From: Patescibacteria group bacterium
GTDB lineage: Bacteria > Patescibacteriota > Patescibacteriia > Veblenbacterales > UBA10138
DNA: 64,000 nucleotides
Direction of reading: 5' to 3'
NCBI GenBank assembly: GCA_018817715.1
Contig: JAHITT010000004.1
Span: forward strand, 19,751 to 83,750
Shown: positions 57,023 to 64,000 of the stretch, one piece after another
How the letters are laid out: every line of letters begins with the position of its first letter
Numbering within the stretch: position 1 is the first letter of the stretch
The notes under the pieces: model-generated
What the model saw: the letters and a program-made list of their open reading frames with translations, nothing else
Databases searched by the model: none
Told to the model about the DNA's origin: nothing
Position numbers and translations under genes: made by a program

Positions 57023-59971
57023 ATGAAAATCACTGACCATCACGCAAAATACTTTGCCTACGAACTCACCAAGCGATGTCCATCGGACAGCTTGGAGAAA
57101 TTGTCGTCTACGCTTTCCAACGCACAAGTTGATCTTAATCCTCATCAGATAGAGGCGGCGCTGTTTGCATTTCGATCGCCACTCTCTAAAGGAGCTATCC
57201 TTGCTGATGAGGTTGGTCTTGGAAAAACAATTGAGGCAGGACTCGTGCTCTCGCAAAAATGGGCTGAAAGAAAACGAAAGATACTGCTTATCTTGCCCTC
57301 GAGTTTACGTAAGCAATGGAACGCTGAATTGCAAGAGAAATTCTTTTTGCCATCGATTATTTTAGAAGCAAAATCATTTAATCAGTATATTAACGGCGGT
57401 AACCTCAATCCATTCGAGCAGGAAGATGTGATCGTTATTTGCTCGTATCACTTCGCTCGATCAAAGGCGGCCTATATTAAAAAAATTAAATGGGACCTGG
57501 CAGTTATTGATGAAGCACACCGACTTCGTAATGTGTATAAAACCAACAATAAAATCGCTCGGGAAATTAAGAATGCACTCTCCGAAGTTCCGAAAATTCT
57601 TCTTACAGCAACACCACTTCAAAATTCACTGCTTGAGCTCTACGGATTAGTGAGCATCATTGATGATCATGTGTTCGGAGACCTTACGAGTTTTAAAGTG
57701 AACTATGCCCGTCTTTCACGTGAGCAGGACGTGTATGACGGCGAAGCTGGATTTGTTGAACCACGACAGGAGATGTTCATGGATTTACGCAACCGGCTCA
57801 AGCAGGTATGTACCCGAACACTTCGTAGGCAGGTTTTGGAGTATATAAAATATACCAAGCGTATCCCACTCACTCAGGACTATATTCCGACCGAAGATGA
57901 GATCCGGCTTTATGATGGCATGTCCGAATATCTGCAAAGACCCAAGCTTTTCGCATTGCCTTCCAGTCAACGACAGCTGATCACGCTTATCCTACGTAAG
58001 CTTCTCGCCTCATCGTCCTTTGCTATTGCCAGCACTCTCAACAGTTTGGTATTTAAACTTTCTGCGCTGATTGAGGAGGCCGAGAAAGCAAAAACAGTTA
58101 AGGAAACCGGTATCGCCGGACTCGAAGACAACTTTGAGAACCTTGAGGAAATATCGGACGAGTGGGTTGACGATGAAGAGAGTGATGAGGAGTCCGAAAA
58201 AGATGCGCCGAAAATAAAATACACCGACGAGGATATCGCGCTGATGAGGACGGAAAAAGCTGATCTGGAAAAATTCCGAGATATGGCCAAGAAGATTCTC
58301 AAGAACTCTAAAGGAGAGGCTTTACTTATTGCCCTCGAAAAAGGTTTTGAGATGACAAATAAGTTGGGAGCAAAAAAGAAAGCTATCATATTTACCGAGT
58401 CGACCATTACTCAGAATTACTTGTATTCCGATCTCCTTTCAAAGGGTGGGTATGACGGCAAAATAGTTCTCTTTAACGGATCGAACAACGACGATAAATC
58501 AAAGCAGATTTATGCCGACTGGATCAGGGTTAATAAAGACACGGATAAAATAACCGGCTCAAAAACCTCGGACATGCGCGCCGCGCTCGTTGACTACTTC
58601 CGTGATGAGGCGGAAATAATGATTGCGACCGAAGCGGCGGCCGAGGGCGTGAACCTCCAGTTCTGTTCACTGCTGATCAACTACGACCTCCCTTGGAACC
58701 CTCAGCGTATTGAACAGCGTATCGGCCGATGCCACCGTTACGGCCAGAAGCATGACGTTGTGGTTATTAACTTCGTGAACCGTAAAAATGCGGCCGATCA
58801 GCGTGTCTACGACCTGCTCGATCAGAAGTTCAGCCTGTTCAAGGGCGTATTCGGAGCAAGCGATGAAGTGCTTGGTGGCATCGAGTCCGGAGTTGATTTT
58901 GAGAAGCGTATCGCGGCCATTTATCAGTCGTGCCGAACCGAAGAAGAAATCACTGGTGCGTTTGATACCCTGCAAAAACAGATGGACGAGAGCATTCAAA
59001 ATAACCTCCGTGATACTCGTCAGAAATTGCTGGAAAACTTCGATGCGGAAGTACATGAAAAACTCAAAGTTAACCTTAAAGAAAGCAAGGCTTATCTGGA
59101 TACTTATACGAGCTGGCTTTGGGACGCCACAAAATATTATCTTGGCGATAACGCGGAGTTTGCGGAGCACGAATATTCATTCACGCTTAAAAATAATCCC
59201 TTCCCTAATGAGCAGATCGACCCGGGACCTTATAAGATTGGTAAAAATATAGACGACGCACATATTTATCGTCCTGGACATCCTCTAGCACAAAAGATTC
59301 TTGGCGAGATTAAAGCCAAGGTATTTGACGATGCTGAAATCACTTTTGACTACTCAAGCAACTCCACGATTATTTCTATTCTAGAACCTCTTGTCGGCAA
59401 GAGTGGTATTTTGAAAGTGTCCAATTATACCGTTGAGGCCTTTGAGGCCGAGGATGCGGTGGTTGTATCGGCTATTGATGAATCAGGAAATCCGGTAGAT
59501 GGAGAAATAGCTAAGAAACTTTTTTCTATCGCAGCTCAAACTGTGAAGACCGCCACACTTTCTCCGGAAGAGAAAACAAAGCTCGGCGAACTCGAAGACC
59601 AGACTGTTGGGATTGTTTCTACTCGAATTGCCGAGCGCAACAGCGAGTTTTTTGACAATGAGGTAGACAAGCTCGATAAGTGGGCGGAGGATATGAAAAA
59701 AGCTGTTGAGCTTGATCTCAAGAAGCTGGATGTTGACATTAAAATTTCCAAGACCAACGCCAAGAAAATCTTAAACCTCGATGAGAAATTGAAAGCCCAA
59801 CGAGGTATTAAGGATATGGAGAAGAAGCGCAATGAGATGCGCAAAAAGTTATATGAGGCTCAGGACGATGTGGAAGGCAGAAAAGAAAAACTTATCGGAG
59901 AAGTGGAGGCTCAATTGAAACAAAAATCAAAACTTGAGTCGCTGTTCACCATCCGGTGGAGAGTCGTTTAA
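57023..59971 (+). CDS. SNF2/RapA-like helicase
   Basis: LADEVGLGKTIE, DEAH, LTATPLQN, AAEGVNLQ, YDLPWNPQRIEQRIGR.HR; C-terminal coiled coil. Confidence 0.92.
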   Translation: MKITDHHAKYFAYELTKRCPSDSLEKLSSTLSNAQVDLNPHQIEAALFAFRSPLSKGAILADEVGLGKTIEAGLVLSQKWAERKRKILLILPSSLRKQWNAELQEKFFLPSIILEAKSFNQYINGGNLNPFEQEDVIVICSYHFARSKAAYIKKIKWDLAVIDEAHRLRNVYKTNNKIAREIKNALSEVPKILLTATPLQNSLLELYGLVSIIDDHVFGDLTSFKVNYARLSREQDVYDGEAGFVEPRQEMFMDLRNRLKQVCTRTLRRQVLEYIKYTKRIPLTQDYIPTEDEIRLYDGMSEYLQRPKLFALPSSQRQLITLILRKLLASSSFAIASTLNSLVFKLSALIEEAEKAKTVKETGIAGLEDNFENLEEISDEWVDDEESDEESEKDAPKIKYTDEDIALMRTEKADLEKFRDMAKKILKNSKGEALLIALEKGFEMTNKLGAKKKAIIFTESTITQNYLYSDLLSKGGYDGKIVLFNGSNNDDKSKQIYADWIRVNKDTDKITGSKTSDMRAALVDYFRDEAEIMIATEAAAEGVNLQFCSLLINYDLPWNPQRIEQRIGRCHRYGQKHDVVVINFVNRKNAADQRVYDLLDQKFSLFKGVFGASDEVLGGIESGVDFEKRIAAIYQSCRTEEEITGAFDTLQKQMDESIQNNLRDTRQKLLENFDAEVHEKLKVNLKESKAYLDTYTSWLWDATKYYLGDNAEFAEHEYSFTLKNNPFPNEQIDPGPYKIGKNIDDAHIYRPGHPLAQKILGEIKAKVFDDAEITFDYSSNSTIISILEPLVGKSGILKVSNYTVEAFEAEDAVVVSAIDESGNPVDGEIAKKLFSIAAQTVKTATLSPEEKTKLGELEDQTVGIVSTRIAERNSEFFDNEVDKLDKWAEDMKKAVELDLKKLDVDIKISKTNAKKILNLDEKLKAQRGIKDMEKKRNEMRKKLYEAQDDVEGRKEKLIGEVEAQLKQKSKLESLFTIRWRVV

Positions 59972-59973
59972 TT

Positions 59974-60000
59974 CAGTTGTCCGGAATTTCCGGACAACTG
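59974..60000. repeat. 13-bp perfect inverted repeat
   Basis: CAGTTGTCCGGAA-T-TTCCGGACAACTG. Confidence 0.75.
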
Positions 60001-60029
60001 GTAGAATTATTAACAATTAACTTAAAATT

Positions 60030-60869
60030 ATGACAGAAAACAACAACAAACTCATCGCAATCTTTGAAGACCAGCCAGTACGCCGCACTTGGGATGGAAA
60101 GGCGGAAAAGTGGCTTTTTAGCGTCGTGGACATAGTCGGAATCTTGAGTCAGAGTGCTGACCCAAGGAACTACTGGAAAGTGCTAAAAAACCGTTTAAAT
60201 AAGGAAGGAAGTGAAGTGGTTACAAAATGTAACCAGTTGAAAATGCTAGCCCCAGACGGCAAGATGCGCGAAACCGATGCGGCAGACGTGGAGACAATAT
60301 TCCGCCTTGTGCAATCGGTGCCCTCTCCCAAAGCGGAGCCCTTTAAGCTTTGGCTCGCAAAGGTCGGTTATGAGCGCATGCAGGAAACAGTTGACCCTGA
60401 ATTGGCGGTAAGTCGCGGACGTAAAAATTGGCAGGCGATGGGACGAAGCCAGAAATGGATTGAGCAAAGGATGTTAAGCGTAGAGACTAGAAATAAACTG
60501 ACTGATTACTGGTCGGATCATGGAATCAAAAAAGGCGAGGAGTTCGCTAAGCTGACAAATATAATCCACCAAGAATGGAGCGGTCTTTCCGTAAAAAGTC
60601 ATAAAAATCTCAAGAACTTGAAGTCGCAGAACTTACGTGACCACATGAGTGAGGCCGAGATAATTTTTACCTCATTGGCTGAACTGTCCACACGGCAGAT
60701 TTCTGAAAAAGAAAAGTCGGAGGGTTACGGACAGAACGAAGTCGTGGCGCGAAAAGGCGGACAGATTTCCGGCAATGCACGCAAAGCCCTGGAGGAACAA
60801 ACTGGCAAAAAGGTCGTGAGCTCGGAAAATTTCTTGCCGACAAAAAAAGAACCAAAGAAGCTGAAATAA
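60030..60869 (+). CDS. Bro-N domain DNA-binding protein
   Basis: FSVVDIV..L, YW..LK.RL, DGKMRETD, QSVPSPKAEPFKLWLA, NLRDHM. Confidence 0.85.
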   Translation: MTENNNKLIAIFEDQPVRRTWDGKAEKWLFSVVDIVGILSQSADPRNYWKVLKNRLNKEGSEVVTKCNQLKMLAPDGKMRETDAADVETIFRLVQSVPSPKAEPFKLWLAKVGYERMQETVDPELAVSRGRKNWQAMGRSQKWIEQRMLSVETRNKLTDYWSDHGIKKGEEFAKLTNIIHQEWSGLSVKSHKNLKNLKSQNLRDHMSEAEIIFTSLAELSTRQISEKEKSEGYGQNEVVARKGGQISGNARKALEEQTGKKVVSSENFLPTKKEPKKLK

Positions 60870-60870
60870 T

Positions 60871-62457
60871 ATGACTAATAAAAAGCAAAAACTGGAGTTA
60901 ACGTGGATCGGCAAAGACGAAGAGCTCAAGCTTGAGCCGAGGATTTTGATTGAGGACCCGGACAAGTCCTACGGCGACAAGTCGGCCGAGAATATGCTCA
61001 TCCACGGCGATAACCTCCTCGCGCTCAAAGCCCTCGAGCAGGACTTCGCCGGACGTATTAAATGCATCTATATCGATCCTCCGTATAACACAGGCAGTGC
61101 GTTTGAACATTATGACGATAATCTTGAGCACTCCACATGGCTCAGCTTAATGAGACCAAGACTAGAGATTTTAAAGAACCTTTTGCATAAAGATAAGGGT
61201 AGTATTTGGATTTCAATTGATGCAGACGAAAGTCATTATCTGAAAGTACTTTGTGATGAGATTTTTGGAAGGTCTAACTTTATAGATGAAGTTATTTGGC
61301 AACGATCATATGCACCAATAAATTTAAAGAAAACATTTTCTAGAAATCACGACGCTATTTTAGTCTATGCAAAAAACAGTTCCGGTTTTGAATTAAATAA
61401 ACTAGAAAGATCAGAAAAATTAAATGATAGTTTTACTAATCCTGATAATGATCCAAGAGGACCTTGGGCATCAGGCCCCATACAAGTTGGACCGCGTGTT
61501 GAGTCTAGGGTTTATGAGATAAAAACTACAAATGGACGAGTTATTGTGCCGCCCCCACAAGCTTGTTGGAGATTCTCTGAGGAAAAATATAAAGAAATGG
61601 TTGCGGATAATCGGATATATTTTGGACCTAACGGGGACAATGTCCCCCGTGTAAAGAGATTTTTATCCGAAGTTAAAGACGGGGTTGTACCGATGACTCT
61701 TTGGTTAAGAGATGATGTTGGAGATAACCAAGAAGCAAAAAAAGAAATCAAGAAATTATTTACCGATGATGTCTTTGATACACCAAAGCCAGAACGTCTC
61801 ATAAAACGAATTCTTGATCTTGGTTCTAATAACGGAGATTGGGTTTTAGATTCTTTCCTTGGTTCCGGTACTACTTCCGCCGTGGGGCATAAAACTGGAA
61901 GGAAGCATATCGGAATTGAATTCGGCGATCATGCCGATACACATTGCTTACCTCGATTGAAAAAGGTTGTTGATGGTACTGATGGACTTAAACTCTCCGA
62001 AGAACTTGATTGGAAAGGTGGCGGTGGATTTAAGTTTTATAATCTTGCGCCGAGCCTGCTTCGCAAGGATTCTTTCGGCAACTTCGTGATCGATGAAAAC
62101 TATAACGCTAATATGCTGGCCGCGGCCATGTGCAAACATGAGGGTTTCAAATTCTATCCGGACGAAGCTCTTTACTGGAAGCATGGCAAGTCCACCGAGA
62201 CCGACTTCATTTTCGTAACCACCGGATTCATCACTGCCGAGCAGTTAGATAAGGTAAATAGCGAAATGAAAGCTGGCGAGAGTCTGCTTATTTGTGCCAA
62301 ATCATTCGCACCCGAATGCGAAAACCGTTTTGCTAATATCACGGTCAAGAAAATTCCACAGATGATCTTGGGCAAATGCGAATTCGCCAAGGATAACTAC
62401 GACTTGAACATCATCAAAGCCACGGAAGCGCAGGCGGAAGAATCTAACGAAGCCTAA
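60871..62457 (+). CDS. mod: Type III R-M methyltransferase (Mod)
   Basis: IHGDNL, IYIDPPYN, TPKPERL, DSFLGSGTT, GGGF.FY (beta-class motif order). Confidence 0.92.
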   Translation: MTNKKQKLELTWIGKDEELKLEPRILIEDPDKSYGDKSAENMLIHGDNLLALKALEQDFAGRIKCIYIDPPYNTGSAFEHYDDNLEHSTWLSLMRPRLEILKNLLHKDKGSIWISIDADESHYLKVLCDEIFGRSNFIDEVIWQRSYAPINLKKTFSRNHDAILVYAKNSSGFELNKLERSEKLNDSFTNPDNDPRGPWASGPIQVGPRVESRVYEIKTTNGRVIVPPPQACWRFSEEKYKEMVADNRIYFGPNGDNVPRVKRFLSEVKDGVVPMTLWLRDDVGDNQEAKKEIKKLFTDDVFDTPKPERLIKRILDLGSNNGDWVLDSFLGSGTTSAVGHKTGRKHIGIEFGDHADTHCLPRLKKVVDGTDGLKLSEELDWKGGGGFKFYNLAPSLLRKDSFGNFVIDENYNANMLAAAMCKHEGFKFYPDEALYWKHGKSTETDFIFVTTGFITAEQLDKVNSEMKAGESLLICAKSFAPECENRFANITVKKIPQMILGKCEFAKDNYDLNIIKATEAQAEESNEA

Positions 62458-62458
62458 T

Positions 62459-64000
62459 ATGAATACTAAAGCACAAGCAATCAAAAATAGGTTAAGCCTC
62501 CGCAAGCCACAAGCGGATAGTTTGGAAATTCTAGAAAAACTAGCGGATGTTTTGGAGTTGAAAAAGGACGCAGATGTAGTCAGCGAGCTTTCCAAAGTGC
62601 GAGCCTTGTATCCAACATGCGCTGATTTTGAACGAGACTTTCCATCAGTTTGTTTTTCTTTGGCAACAGGTGTCGGCAAGACTCGGCTTATGGGTGCATT
62701 TATTTCCTATCTCTATGCCGCCAAAGGTGTAAAGAATTATTTTGTATTGGCTCCCAACCTTACCATTTACAACAAGCTCATCGATGATCTCTCAAATCCG
62801 CGAAGCCCTAAGTATGTTTTTCGTGGCATAAGTGATTTTGCCATAACAGCACCACGAATCATTACCGGTGATAACTATGCCGAAGCTCGCCAAAGCACTT
62901 TGTTTAAGGAGTCAGTAAAGATAAACATTTTCAATATCTCGAAGATCAATTCTGAAGTCCGTGGAGGCAAGGAGCCGAGGATCAAACGTCTTTCGGAATA
63001 CCTTGGCGAGTCATATTTCAATTATCTTTCCGAATTGCCAGACCTCGTACTTTTGATGGACGAGTCGCACCACTATCGAGCTGATTCTGGACTCCGAGCA
63101 ATCAATGAGCTCAAGCCAATTTTGGGTCTTGAACTCACCGCAACGCCAATCGATACTAAGGGCGTTAAATTTAAGAATGTTGTTTTTGATTATCCGCTTG
63201 CTCGAGCACTACAAGACGGTTTCGTAAAAGAACCGGCAGTCGCTACACGCCGCGATTTCAACCCTGACCAGTATCGCAACGATCCGAAAGAACTTGATCT
63301 TATAAAGCTTGAGGACGGAGTGCGTATTCACGAAGACACCAAGGTGGCTTTGGATATTTACGCTCGAGATAGCGGTAATCGTTTGGTTAGGCCGTTCGTG
63401 TTAGTTGTCGCTCGAGATACCGATCACGCCAAAGAGATTCGTGGCTTGATTGAGTCGGACCGGTTCTTTGAAGGCCGGTATACCGGCAAGGTGATGGAGA
63501 TTCATTCAAACCAGCGCGGTGAAGAAAAAGAGGAAAATGTACAGAGGCTCATTGATCTGGAAAAGCCGGAAAACCCGATTGAGATTGTTGTACATGTAAA
63601 TATGCTCAAAGAGGGTTGGGACGTTACTAATCTCTACACCATTATTCCTTTGCGTGCGGCCAACTCCCAGATTCTTACCGAGCAGACCATCGGCCGTGGT
63701 TTGCGATTGCCTTATGGCGCACGGACCGGCGTTGAAAAGGTAGACAAGCTCACCATCATCGCTCACGATCGTTTTCAGTCCATCGTGGATGCGGCCAATG
63801 ATCCAAACTCTATAATCCGACAGGAGAATATCATCGAGATTGATCCGGATGCGTTGCCGGAGGCGCAGGAGGTTATTACTGCTTCCTCGGTAATGGAAGA
63901 GGCACTAGCTCTCAAACGCACGGAGATTGCGACTATTGTAAATGAGGCGGATCGCCAAAAAGCGGGCTTGGTTTTAGAGGCCGAACAACTGATCACTGAA
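62459..64000 (+). CDS. res: Type III R-M restriction subunit (Res), partial
   Basis: Manual translation from ATG 62459: LSLRKPQ, LATGVGKT, DESHHY, LTAT, LKEGWDV, QTIGRGLR; open to the window end. Confidence 0.88.
   Translation, partial: MNTKAQAIKNRLSLRKPQADSLEILEKLADVLELKKDADVVSELSKVRALYPTCADFERDFPSVCFSLATGVGKTRLMGAFISYLYAAKGVKNYFVLAPNLTIYNKLIDDLSNPRSPKYVFRGISDFAITAPRIITGDNYAEARQSTLFKESVKINIFNISKINSEVRGGKEPRIKRLSEYLGESYFNYLSELPDLVLLMDESHHYRADSGLRAINELKPILGLELTATPIDTKGVKFKNVVFDYPLARALQDGFVKEPAVATRRDFNPDQYRNDPKELDLIKLEDGVRIHEDTKVALDIYARDSGNRLVRPFVLVVARDTDHAKEIRGLIESDRFFEGRYTGKVMEIHSNQRGEEKEENVQRLIDLEKPENPIEIVVHVNMLKEGWDVTNLYTIIPLRAANSQILTEQTIGRGLRLPYGARTGVEKVDKLTIIAHDRFQSIVDAANDPNSIIRQENIIEIDPDALPEAQEVITASSVMEEALALKRTEIATIVNEADRQKAGLVLEAEQLITE

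Larger units (their letters stand above)
51889..64000. mobile_element. Integrative element / genomic island at tRNA-Asn (far end outside window)
   Basis: Integrase at the tRNA 3' end; visible shift to higher GC and different codon use; phage-like and defence cargo. Confidence 0.85.

Noticed and set aside
57023-59971. Calling the SNF2 gene DISARM drmD or Zorya zorD
   Set aside because: No drmA/B/C or zorA/B/C visible; neighbours are type III mod and res
51929-63996. Many 60-170 aa overlapping or antisense ORFs in the island
   Set aside because: Shadow frames of longer motif-supported genes, expected at higher GC

Overview
AT-rich bacterial chromosome segment. Gene content (T4SS-pilin-like surface proteins, short RelA/SpoT, DUF5659, TSP3-repeat proteins, no biosynthetic pathways) points to Patescibacteria/CPR; this is inference. 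From left to right: (1) a minus-strand operon nrdR - class II B12-dependent RNR - pduO - DUF4430 - BtuM-like S-component - internal cobalamin riboswitch - lipoprotein - alpha6/alpha6-barrel exported protein, which reads as a B12 capture-and-use system; (2) ftsZ/ftsA, dgkA and ybeY, three modular pilin/Ig/TSP3 surface-protein genes, then yqeY, rpsU, hisS, lepB and tRNA-Val; (3) LCP, der, pth, a candidate ~190-nt structured ncRNA, mfd, dprA, topA, a palindromic-repeat cluster, rel, parAB and a tRNA-Leu/fMet/Met cluster containing a GIY-YIG gene; (4) accessory genes (ndh, a CARDB cassette between 55-bp direct repeats, S11 peptidase, sdpRI, tspO, a leader-peptide attenuator candidate, lexA, ArsR-ArsP); (5) from tRNA-Asn (~51.9 kb) to the window end, a visibly more GC-rich integrative element with a large serine recombinase, a satellite-like small-gene module and a defence block (orphan AbiEi-like gene, SNF2 helicase, Bro-N, type III Mod and Res). 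All family calls are motif recognition by eye; no database searches were run.
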